Below, one piece after another: positions 1 to 12,241 of a stretch of DNA of 45,787 nt (within the stretch, counting starts at the first letter, position 1; each line of letters begins with the position of its first letter). The notes beneath the pieces were generated by a model, which was not told the origin of the DNA, did no database searches, and was given only the letters and a program-made list of their open reading frames with translations. Location of the stretch: positions 1-45,787 of the forward strand of contig NIVC01001824.1 in assembly GCA_002269645.1 (NCBI GenBank). Direction: 5' to 3'. The translations under genes and the position numbers were made by a program. The stretch is from Macrostomum lignano. Lineage: Eukaryota.

Positions 1-1346
1 ACATAATATTTATATGGCCGTTTTCGGCCTCTAGTCGTCGGGAACGGCTGTGGTAAAAAATCCAACAAATCTGGCCCATAGAGATTGATTTTATGCCGTC
101 TAGCTTGGAGGTAGACAGAATGGACGAAAACGGCCATCCGTCGCCTATGGTTAAATTTCCCTGGATGCATGAGCCTTGACAGCTTAAACAATCAAAGTTA
201 TGACAAAATTGAAACACTACAAAGGATCATGTAATGTGACTCATTTCATTTCAATCAAATTTCCAAATATAACTCCTTTCTGATCCTCCTTTTCGAATGT
301 ACGTAACAAGGATCATTATCGAATGTATTCCGCGTTCCTGACACAATATGGTTTACTGAAAAAAAAATTAATTTTAGTTGGAATTATTCGCTTTTTGCTC
401 AAGTCTGGTCTCTTTTAATGATTCCTTCGACTTCGAGCGATATTTAAATTTGAGATATTTTCCAAGTCTAAGGATCCTACTACTACGGTTTCCGTGTACT
501 ACCCTATCTACAGTTCATGTACTACACATTGCATGGCCCTAATATTACTTACCTCTGCTCTGGCAATCATCTGGCAACTTATCCCACAGATTTCTTCGTT
601 TTTGGCTATATATTGATTTCATTTCATTTCACAGTTAAAAACAGGAAGATTAACTTCATTTAGCTTAACTAAGCTGAGCCAGAGCTCAGAGGTGATGACA
701 ACAAAAATACGGCTTACATGTAAATATATAAAGACACCTAGCTAAACATTCGTTCCAAATTTATTTTCTGTCGAAAGAAAAAAATTATTATATGTGAATA
801 AATACATTGATTTTGTGAAACACTACATTAAACTGTTAGATGCTTGTAAAACTACGTACATAGCAATCGATCCTGAATGCTACAGTCGAACTTTTATTGT
901 TTGAACCAATCCTAAAATACACATGATCTTGTTCGTGGTGTTAAACAGTTATAAAATGAATTTAATCTTTTGAAATTTAAAATTCAGCTCGGGTCGACTG
1001 TTGCATCAGTTATGCTATGCCTTAATTCTATATTTCATCCCTCAATGTTTAAACGTCGATGGTATTTTGAAATTTAAACGAAAAGATAGAATAGATGCAT
1101 CATATAGTGCAGTAGAAAAAAAAGATCACGACAATAAGGTCGGTCACGGCACTATTCGGCGGCACACAGGTTTTAGGAAAGGACGCATTGCAGTATACTG
1201 CTAGAGGTCCTTATAGTTTTAGGCTAGGGGGCAGGCATTTCGTACCATTAAAAGAAGTAAATTTAATTGAACATTTTCAAGTTGTTATAAATAGATGCAA
1301 GGGAAGAAACGATTGGATTTTTTATACAAAAACAACTCGCAATGTT

Positions 1347-1494
1347 CAGTGGCGCAACCAGGGGGGGGGGGGGTCGCCTAAGCTTAAGGCGGAGACCGGA
1401 AAAAAATCAAAGGGGCCAACGAATTTTCACCAAAAACAGAGCCACCTTCCAGAATCCGCCCCCCCCCCTCAACAAATTTCTGGTTGCGCTACTG
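1347..1494. mobile_element. hAT-type MITE (148 bp)
   Basis: Terminal inverted repeats CAGTGGCGCAACCAG (1347-1361) and CTGGTTGCGCTACTG (1480-1494) match at 14/15. Perfect 8-bp target-site duplication GCAATGTT at 1339-1346 and 1495-1502. An 8-bp TSD with CAG termini is typical of the hAT superfamily. Confidence 0.85.
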
Positions 1495-2074
1495 GCAATG
1501 TTTTCAATTTCCAAAACTGTGAGCCTTGCATCTAAGAGGGAAAGTAAAGAGTGCATGTCAGAAGCAAAGCAGTAAAGCAGCAGTTTTGGGCTCGGAATAC
1601 TTGAAAATTGTGAGGCTTGCTAATTAAAGAAGCAAAAAAACGCAACCCAATTAAAGTAAAAAATCGAAAAACATAAAATGAGACTCGAGCTTCAATCGAA
1701 TTATCTGAGGAAAATTCGACAGTTCAATCTCATCGACCGATAATTAGGAATCGCAGAGCATTAAATCTCCATCTTTAAAACCATCATACTATCTGAAAGA
1801 CCAATCATCGTCAAAAACAACAAAAATCTCTTACTCATCTTACGCAGACCTTGAATTAGCTACTCCATAAAGGATTATATCTTTTCTTTTTTAATTTAAC
1901 AAAATATGATCCTTTGTGACCTCATTAATTGGCTTAATTTTAAGGGTAATGAAATTGTCCAAAAACTTACTGCAAAAATAACAAATTAAAACTGTGGTCC
2001 GAGCAGTGTACGGGACCTACTCTCACACGATGTTAGCTGTGCTACATGTACTCCTGTGATGAAGCTGTACTTCA

Positions 2075-5000
2075 TCACTGGAACGGCACCAAGCAGTACA
2101 CTAAATCGGAGTTAAGCAGCCGGAATTCGGCTGGCGGGTTCGTGACAACTACCCGCTTCGTGGTCTGCGGCTCGCCCATATTGTAGCTGTCCCTGTACCG
2201 GTAGACACCGAAGCAGAGAATACCGTGCGATTTCAGAACGCCAGGGAACAGCTCGCCGTAGGTTAACTGGCCGTAGGGGCGCAGCCTGGTGTCCAACATC
2301 GACAGCTGCATGATGCGGCAACGGTTTCTGTTGGCCTCAATCTCTGGAGTAGCCTCCGTACCGTCCATGCTGAGGCCTTCCGCCATGAGCACCTCCATCT
2401 CTGGCGTTGCACCACCGGTCACCAGAGTTCGAATGAGGGTCATGGCGTTCATGTTGTAGAACACTGTGGACATGAGCGAATCCAGGACGTCAGTAGTGAA
2501 CGCGTTGCCGCAGGCGTACGGCTGAGAGTTGTAGATTTCCTCCTCGTCCGAGTCGTTGTCGTCTTGGTCTAAGAATTGGATGTTTTTTCCCACGAAAATT
2601 TCGGTGAGAATCGGCACGGCGACCTTGGACATCATGGATTTCGCCTGGGCATCCTTGCTCTGAAATGCCTGCATCTGGGCTTGAACGCTTGTATCCAGTT
2701 CGTCGGCAAATGACATCGCCTTAATGTTGAGAGTGCACAGCACGACCTCCTTGTCCATTAGGTAGGGATCCATTTGCTCTTTCCACTTGGACTTGGCGCT
2801 CATAATGACGCACATGTCGCAAAGGTTGATCTTGGCGCTGCGCAGGATGACGCGGTTCATGGGCGAGCCGGGGAACATGTACAACTTCGGGAAGTTCTTT
2901 AACGACTGCCACTCTTTCTGTAAGAACTCCAAATTTCCAATAAACACAATAGGTTTCAGCTCTCTCAGATGAAAGTTGCTGGCCCTCAGCGGCATGACAA
3001 AACTGCGCAGACCGATGAGGTGCGAGTCGCTGTCCGCAAACACAATCACTATGTAGTGCTCGCGCAGATTCAGCCGAGCAGCACTACCGGGTTTCAGCAT
3101 TACATCCTCGAAGTTCCGTTCGGGACACCAATGAAACATGCCTGTTAGGTCGAAGTATTCAGTCGACTGCTTGCTTGGGTCGTCGCCGGAGTACTCGCCG
3201 TACCGCTGCTGCTCGTCAGCCCCAAACTCCGTCTCTTGCACCGCGGCCAGCACCTTCTTTCGTGAGGCAACCTGAATTTCGGGTCGGCGAACATTTGCGC
3301 TGTTGCCTCTCAGACGTGTCACCTCATGCGCACCGTCGTGACCCGGCGATTCCGGGCCGCTGACCTCAGTCTGGCAGCTGCATTTACGAATTTGGCGGGG
3401 ATCGGCCAAGTCCCGATGGCACCTGTTGCAGTACAGGTAGGCCCTTCGAACCTCCTCTTGAGAGTCAGCAACAAAAAATCCATGACAGCCGTTGTAAATA
3501 ATGGCGGATCTGCCTGGGGGGTTGATTGAAAGGAAGCGGTCTCCTTCGCTGTTCTTGGCTTCGATGGCGAATAGAATCACCCGCAGCTTGTTGTAGCAGA
3601 GCATCACCGCCTCCTGAAAGGTCATTCCCACGAAGGAGTCGCTAAAGTACTCGGAGTAAATCTCCATGGCGCTGCCATCCTGATAGTCCTTCTCCCAGCT
3701 GCCAATAAGATGCGAGTCGCTCATGGCCCTCGTGGAAAACAGGTTTGCCATCAGGGTTGAGAAGCCCGGCGCGAGGCAGCTCTGAGCCAGGAAGCCCTGT
3801 TTCATTTCGGCCACGCAGAGACATTCGTCACCAAGCCGCCAATCCCAGTTGGGAATGTTCAGCAGATAGCCTTTGTTGTGATACTGCAGCAGCTGAATGA
3901 TGCATCGAGTCTTCGGGATACATTCTTGATAGAGATCACCCGCATGATGTTGGATGCGTCCTCGGCATCTGGGTCCTCGTCGTACTTGTTGCACAGGATG
4001 ATGGCGGCCGCTGAGGACTCCAGACAGACTCGCCTGGAGTTGGGTGAAAAACGAAAATACTGATCAAAGTGATAAACGCTGGAAATGGCTGGATTCGTCT
4101 GCGGTTGGAATTCAGCGCGGAAAAGGTTCAATGGATAGGCTAAGTCAATTAGAAGCATATCTAGGCACCAGATTTAAGACGTGAGCCATATAGTGATCCC
4201 AAGTAGATACAGACTGATCACAGGAAACCAAGCAAAAATGCACAGAATCATCAAGCTATCCCGAACTCACTGACAATCTGTCGGATTGAGCACGCTACCA
4301 ATAAAGTAGACTAGATGACCGAAGTTCCTCTTCAACAGGGACTGAAACTCCAAGCTGGGCGCCTTCTTATTGATGCAGACAACTTCAACATCAGTGTCTT
4401 CTCGGTCCTCGTGCAGGAAATCCTCCAGGAAGCTCTCAATGGACTCCTTGGTCACGGCTCCGCAGACAACCACGTGACGCCTGCCGTGCTCCTTCTTGTA
4501 ACGGCCGGCATAGGGACTTCGACTGGTGATGATCTCGGCAATCTCGGGATGAAGGAGGCGAATATGCCCAGGGCCACCATTATGTAGAAAGAGATGAAGA
4601 ATTTCCCCCAGTCAGTTTTTGGCGAATAGTCTCCGAATCCGACCGTGCTCATTGTGACGATAGTAAAGTACATGCAGTTTCCGAATGTGATTCCCTGAAA
4701 TGTTCGACACAAAGCGATTCTATAAGAGATCGTCTACTGGAAGAGTAGCAAGGAAAGGACTTGAAGCGAATCGGTTAAAGTGTGTGAGAAGAAAGGGTTG
4801 CGCACTAATAGCTAATTAGAACATCGAACGTGTGTCCACAGGTGAGGTCCTGGATCAGCGGAAACCCAGGAACCAGTACTGGCCTGCAATCACTTTTGGA
4901 CGCAGAAGTTTGCAGTTTTATGATTTGAGTTTTGTTTAAGATTTTTGCACTTTTTATTGAACCTTTGTCCGTCAATCTATAGGTTTCTTGATAGTTGCGC

Positions 5001-6983
5001 CATTGAATATTGTTCACATATTTTTATTGCACTATTTACTTCTAGTTCTAGGAGCTAGGCTTCATCCGATAGAAGAATAACAAAAAGCAGCCTCAGACCG
5101 CAGCAGGGTTGCCAAGCTATGCGCAGTCCAAGTGGTCTTTTGAGACCCAAATGAATAAATTATCCGGCCCTCCCTGCAGCCAATCTTCCTGGGGATTTCA
5201 TTAAAAAGTTTAATTGCCCAATACATGCGTGACGCAAGCTCTTGAGAACCTACACTGATTGTGTGCCCTGGAATAATGACTTGAGAAATCCTACCGATCC
5301 TAATTCCTTAATTAATATTTCTAAAGATCTCTTTAAAAGATGCTAGCTTCATTTTCATTGCTTTTGTAACTCCGGCTATGACTCTGATACGCTTTTCCAC
5401 TCTCACTCACGCCAGCTCATGTACTATATATACTTTTATGAGTACTAAACCCTGCTGTGAAGCTATACACTGAGCTCATGCTCTGCAGGCTCAAGGACAT
5501 GCATTTAATTATGGGACTTCACTTTTCTTTGTAGCTTTTTTTTCATTTAGAGCAGTCAGGTTTTTGGACAGTATGATATGCACAAATTTTCCTGAACATT
5601 TAGTATTTCTGTTTCTGATCTCCCAGGGGACCGCTAAAATATTCATCCCTGACAGCTTTTAGCTCAAGAAGACATATTTTGAGCCTCAAGAATTAATTTG
5701 CATATGTTTTTGCTTGCACTGTACGCCATCAGTTCAATGTGAAAAACGTTGAAAAATACAGAAAAACAGTTTGGCAGTCTGACGTCATAATTGACCAATA
5801 TAATTATATTAAGGTTAACTCACAACCAGCGGTGAGGTCATTCTGCTCATTCCGCTGACTCACTCGTACACACGCTCACACGGGGTGCACAGCGGCCCTG
5901 ACTTTCAACTCATCAGCCATGTACACTCTCTGTGCCCTGGGGATTGCCCCCCCCCCAATGGCTGTGGAGTGCACGACAAGCCCCAAATCAACGCGTTTGC
6001 GCACGGATTCGAACCAGGGATCGTAACGCGAGATTCAGACGCTTTGTCGCTGAGCTGCTCCACCCATCAAAGTAAGAAATTTGATGTTAGAATATTTCGA
6101 AAATGGAAGCCACGACGCCTCATACACAGACTATTATGGATCCAGAAAAGCAATTCAAGGCTAATTCCGGACTCACGTTGACATTCGAGTATTCGTACTG
6201 CGGATCACCGGAGTTCTCGCACAGATGCGTGATGCCGGCCCCGATGACCCACACGCTCAGGAAAGTGGTGACCATCTGGAAGAAGCGGATCACCGTGCCG
6301 GACTTCAGCACGCTCAGGTACTGCAGCACGTCGGGCAGGGTCATGATGCGAAGGCAGCGAATGAATCGCAGGCCCAGCCAAGACTGGTTCAGGTAGATGT
6401 TCACGAAGGCGGGCGGCACTGTGCAGTAGTCCACGATGGAGTAGATCTCCAGCCAGAACCAGAGCTTGTCCTGGGCGGCCAGAAATCGGATGCAGAAATA
6501 GATTAAAAAGACAATGTTGAAGGCCAGGTCCACCTGGTTGAGCACGCTCTGCGACCAAGGGACGCAGTTCTCTACAAAGCCGACTAGAAAGGTGGCCTCG
6601 TAGATGTAGATGCCGAGAGACGACACGCTCAGGCTGAAGATGAGCACAACCAGAATTCTGCCAGTAATGCTCTGCGCACTGATAAGCTCGTTGGCCCATT
6701 CCTTCACCTCGGCTGTCCAGTCGATTCGGTCGCCTTCGATAGTCTGGCCGTTGCCCTTGGCAACCATTGTCGCGTCCTTGCCGATCTCGGTGCTGCTGCC
6801 CTGCCTGCTCCGGCGAATTCGCTTGACCAGCCATCTGACCAGGCGGACAAGCAGGACCAGCAGCAGGCCGCCGATGAAGGCGATCGCCGTGGACGCCAGG
6901 TGAATGTACCACAGGCGGGTGGAGCAGGCTGCTACCACTCCGGATGTCGTGCTTCCGGCAGTTGAGGCAGGAGTTGTCGCCAT
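2075..6983 (-). CDS. KCNMA1: Calcium-activated BK/Slo1-family potassium channel alpha subunit, divergent 3-exon paralog, ~1063 aa after correcting two frameshifts
   Basis: Exons 6983-6177 (donor gtgagt, phase 0), 4694-4271 (acceptor tttcag, donor gtgagt, phase 2) and 4033-2075 (acceptor ctccag, TGA stop). Motifs: S4 [17 protein letters not shown], pore [12 protein letters not shown]1 HVVVCG...DFLHEDRED...[29 protein letters not shown], heme-type CNRCH, Ca-bowl [11 protein letters not shown]. One base is missing at GGG 4546-4548 and one at GGG 3915-3917. Restoring both gives 3192 nt = 1064 codons including stop. Confidence 0.9.
5823..6068 (-). mobile_element. tRNA-derived SINE copy 1 (in Slo intron 1)
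   Basis: On the minus strand the head has an A-box-like GCAGCTCAGCG and a B-box GGTTCGAATCC. Body blocks (plus strand catgtacactctctgtgccctggggattg and caaccagcggtgaggtcattctgctcattccgctgactc) are homologous to the copy at 16680-17048. Confidence 0.7.
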
Positions 6984-7744
6984 CTCTACCTGCTAGCTGT
7001 GCTCTCTCGGCGTGCTGCGCTCTCCAGCCAAGTCAGGGCTCGCTTTCTTCTCCGGGAAATACGGTATGGGATAATAGGAGGGCTAAGAAAAAAATTTATG
7101 CAGCAGGCAGCGGAGAATCAAGAGGGAGGGGGCTGCCAGGAGGGCCGGTCGCCAAGGCTGCCGGCGCAATTTAAATACGTCTCTGGGCACACTCAGCTGT
7201 CTCATCCCAGAGTGGCAGCCAATAGCAGAATGCGGCTAGGGGACGAGAAGAGATAGAGGAAATACGCGGAAAGGTGGGCGAAGGCCGGGGCTGAGCAGTA
7301 AAAAGAGAGTGACGGGTGGGAGAGGAGAGAAAGGGTGGGGCCGCGTGTGAGGCTGTTTTCCCAGTTTTCTCAGGTGACCTCAATCTTAGAGAGAAAATTC
7401 ACATGAAGAAGCGAGAGAGAAGTATTAAAGGCTTACTTCCAGTTGCTTTCTCCCATTGCGTGCACAGCTCTGCATTTTATTCAGAATGTAGGCAGCGCGT
7501 ACGCAGGACCTGTGCGTTATTTTCGATCACTGTGGAAGATCTCAACAAGTTAAAATTATAAACCTAGCCAATAAGGCTAGCTGCGCGAGAACGCACCTGT
7601 TTAATGAATATTTATCGAAAAATTTTACTTCTAAGAAGTACTCGTAGTTTAATGCTTTTTGTAGTATCGGATACATGTGTTTTAAAAGTACTCTACTAAG
7701 ATTATCAACGAGGCAGTTTGGTAGAGGCAAGGAGGCACTTTTAC

Positions 7745-8170
<426 letters not shown>

Positions 8171-11100
8171 TTAATTTAGGGTTTGCATTTTAGATGCACT
8201 TTAAGAGCTCTTTAATGTCAACAATAGTGTTCGCGCCAAAACTGATAGAACTTTAAAGCGCTCGCCAGCGCGAATATACAAGTGTCATTCCCTGACTGTC
8301 AAACTTTCCAGAAAAACCAATTCGACTGTTGAATGCTGAGGCGGAACTTGCAATGATGTGGGTGGGTGAGTCGCAGTGCTGGCTGCTGAATCGGCAAACT
8401 GGGGAGCGGGGGGTTACCGCGCGCTGCCGGCCTTGGATACGGGGAAGACATGGGCTGGGATGCTCAAAGGATGGGTGGGCTGGAGGGCAGGAGCGGTAGA
8501 AAGTCTGAGGCCTGCCATTGTGCCTCCCCTCAGCCTGCGTGTCCGGAAATTTGGAGAGGCAGTTTGGGGGGGGGGCAGCAGCCCTCAGCCAGCAGTTGCA
8601 TTTCAGGGCAGGAGCGGCTTGATCTGGGGATATATGAGATAACACAACCCCCATGTGCAGTTGCTGAGCTCAGGAAAAATAACAAAGCGGCTTAAGATAC
8701 GCAGCAGGCATTCCTAAAATTTACCTCATGCCGGTGTAAGCCGCCTCTCATTCTCTAACAGCTGCAGTACATTGTTGTGCCGGCAGACATGAGCATAGGC
8801 GCAAAGTGCTCTCAGCTGCAGCAGCAACAGCTTGGAGGCAGCACGGCTACAAGCCTCTATACTTACCGGTTTTTTTCCGGTTAATACGAGTAGGCAGAAT
8901 CCCGCAGAGATCCTTCTCTCGTCTCCACCTGAATAGCCCGGGGATATCTCTAGCCAAGAAGAAGAGCCATCCTAATTGTTAGCCTCATCCTGAGCTTTGA
9001 AGCCCCCGATCATCTGAAGACGCTGCCTCCCTGCGTCTGTCCTGAGGTGAATTCTCGTTAATTTTTGCTCGCAGGGCTGCATCCGATCCTAAATCCTGTA
9101 TAAGTGTATAGCCCTTCGTTGCCGAGGTCCTTCATGTAAGCCTCATTCAATTATAAAGTCTTCACGGGCTCGACTGTCTTGTCGCGGTGTTTCAACCCCA
9201 TCAAGTGCAAGAGCTTATGCACTGTTGTGTTTTTTTTAAAAGTGCATTATCTGTTCAAAGCTCAGGAGTCGAATTTTCTGGAATCAATTAAATAATTCGA
9301 AGAATTTTGAGCTAATAGTCAAGGACAACAAGAATTTTCTGTTTTATCAAACTATAAAAATATGAAATTATTTGAAAGCTTATTTTTGCTGAAAAATGCG
9401 TTAGTGAGGTAGAAACTTCTCCTATGTAGGAACTTTTGAATCGAAAATATGACGACTTTTTAGCATGAAATTTTCGATGTCTGCATATTTGCGTTTGATA
9501 GTTTAAGTTCATTTGTATCAAATTGGTTTTTTCCTCAGACAATCTCGGGAAAGTAGTGATATTCCTGAATTAAGGTTAATAAACTCACGAAGCCGACGTG
9601 AACTAAACACATGCTACATGTAGCTAGCTACTCGCGTCGTTTGTAGTATCTAATGGCAAAACATAAGAAAGCACCTTGTTAAGTGCCTGCAATGTATATT
9701 CTAGCTCGCTAATGGATATTTAATCGTAATTCGGCCTTCAAAAAATTTTTTTCCATAGAACCAGAGTGTTAATAAAAGCTATAGTAACAGGTACGAGTTA
9801 GTGAACTGAGTCCTCTATGGCTTATGTACACATGCACTATAAGCTACTAGAGTGGCCAGCAATTTAGTTTGAAAAAAGCAATTTAGTTTGTGTTAAGTCA
9901 ACGCTCGGTAACACAGTTAACTTCCAAACAGCCATGCCAGCCAAGGCAATCGATTTACAAGTAGCTACGGCCTTGACCGTCTCAGCAAGTTTTCTGCTAG
10001 TTATTTTGATCAAAAAAGTTCTCCCCTTGGACTCCACATTCTCCACAGCAATTTCCCCCTGCTGCTGCAGCCCTCCACTGCCGCAGTATAGTAAGAGCCC
10101 ATATAGTAGCACAAGCAACTCCCAGCCTCGCTCTTCTGTTCAACTCTCTCCCCCTCTCTCTACCTCTCACTCTTGCATGACAGCATCGCGAAAACAATGA
10201 ACCCTGAATCCTGCCCCGCATCTTCTAGTATTTCTCTCTCCCCAAATCCGCCTAGCTCCTCCTGAGTCTGGGGCGCCCCCCACCCAGCTCACAACTCTCA
10301 CCGGCTTCCACCTGCTAAGTCGCCAATCCCGCGGTTGCCTAGGCAGCAACAAGCGGCGCGCTTCACCACTCTGGCATGAAGTTTTTATGAGGACGGGCAG
10401 GCAGCAGGTGATGAGATTAGATAGGACTGGGCGCTGACTGCATGCCCTGCTCATTAGAATTTCAGAAAACGAAATCTTGCGAAAGGCTCAGTTAATAGTG
10501 CGGATATATAGTTTATTTAAGATATATATATATATACATAGATGCGCGTCCACTTTATCTTAAAGCAGTTGTCAAAGAAAACTATATAAAGTATCTAAAA
10601 TAATATAATTAACCCGGTGAGGTTAATATCATAATTTATATACAGGTACGATATGCAGTATTGAGGATACCTATCGCTGCATTACAGAATTTTATACTTA
10701 AAATGCATCAATTGGAAAAATTTTTCGTTATTTTTTAGTTTAAATGTAAATCATATTTGTTCTATTAAACATTTTGTATCTGATAAAGCAATGATATAGC
10801 AAGTGGTGTTCGATATGTCGTGTAGTAGGTCCTTTGGACATACATGTACATGAACTGGGTCAATAGAGTTGTTGAGCAAACATACATGTACATTCTGTGT
10901 TTTAATTTAGTCAAATTTATTAGGAAATTGAAAAAAATTCTATATCAGAGCTGTGTTTTGAAGGAATAAACTATCTCTGCAAAGCGAAACGAATTTGGAC
11001 GGGTTTGGAAGAAGAGTTGTTAGTACTCCAGATATCTCATTTTAGGTCTTTGACATCCATTGATTTCTCAACGTTAACACCGCCATGCATCTATACAATT

Positions 11101-12241
11101 TTAGTAGGATAGTGTAGAAAATAATTCCTTAGGATTTCTTGACAAAAGGACTCCGAAGGTTGCATGAACTTATACTTTTCGCGTTCAAGGCTAGAAGCCG
11201 AACTACAACCAATTCGAGAGATGGGTTTTTCGATGATTCTACATCAGTTACTCGTACACTCATTGCATATGCCGATCCAAGTCGATCGGCATCCAAAGTG
11301 CCGCTCTGGTGCACTGCTTCCATTCTAGGGACAACTTAAACTACTTAGTTCAAGTAAACTTAATTAGTTTAAGTTGTCCCTGTTCCATTCTCAAGCCTTA
11401 AGCTGACATAAGATCCTTATTATTCATAACCACCTACTGGGGGTCTATTTGAGACATTAAGAGGTAGGATTTTCGATGATTCCACAATCATTATCGGTAC
11501 AATAGGGATCCGACAGCGAAACCTGCGCGCCAGCTTAATTGGTGCACCGCTAATTCATTTCGGGACAAAGAGCCTCTTCACGGCAATCGATTCTCGAACC
11601 AGAATCGGATCGGATTTCCAAGAAAAAAGCAGTATAACTATTTAACTTTGTTGAATGTTTGACTGCCTTAACAGCCTCACTTTGCACAATTTTTCACTTT
11701 CTTCTTGGCTATTGACATTCAATAATCACAATTTTAAAGCACTAATATCCCTCTAGTTTAGGAGACAAAAAGTTATACTTAAAAATTGGTTCTGGTTCTA
11801 GAACCAGAACAAGCAATATGAAGAGCCTCAAAGTTGACATCACCTTTTTATATGTCTTGTGTCGAAGTCTGAGGTCTTTATTAATAACTGTTTATTAGAA
11901 ATTTTTTTGTACCGTTTTTAGTGAAAATTAGGGCTAATATATGTAATTGTGTTCATTTGTTTTATTGTGCAAAGCCGCGTTACATTAAATTTTTAAATTA
12001 ATTAAAATTCCTGGCTTAAATTAAATAATAATTAAAGACCCCACCTCAAATTAAAGGCGGGGAGTTTATTATTTGCATGTAGTTAGATATTTAAGTTTTT
12101 TCCTTTTCACACTCAGCTCAGGGCAGGCCTCACTTTTGGGCAATCCATATGAAATTCAGTTATTTGTACTCTTTAGTTTAGTTTTGTGAAAAAAAATCAG
12201 GCATATTATAATAAAGTATTCCAAGAAATAACGATTGTGTC

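Noticed and set aside
14-137. 13-16 bp inverted repeat ATGGCCGTTTTCG / CGAAAACGGCCAT
   Set aside because: No TSD is visible and it sits at the window edge, so it is too weak to call a MITE.
5903-5916. Minus-strand CTGATGA-gtt-GAAA inside SINE copy 1
   Set aside because: A 3-nt linker cannot form stem II, and the motif is not conserved in SINE copy 2.
5990-6068. tRNA genes at 5990-6068 and 16975-17048
   Set aside because: A and B boxes are present but there is no complete cloverleaf or acceptor stem. Both continue into a shared SINE body.
9864-10118. Minus ORF with a hydrophobic signal-peptide-like start
   Set aside because: It starts at TTG, has an in-frame stop just upstream, no Met, no good splice acceptor and no recognisable domain.
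11129-11323. ORF with faint cadherin-like spacing (LDAD...Y.M.V.VTD)
   Set aside because: The neighbouring DNA duplicate does not preserve the frame or peptide, so the similarity is at the non-coding DNA level.
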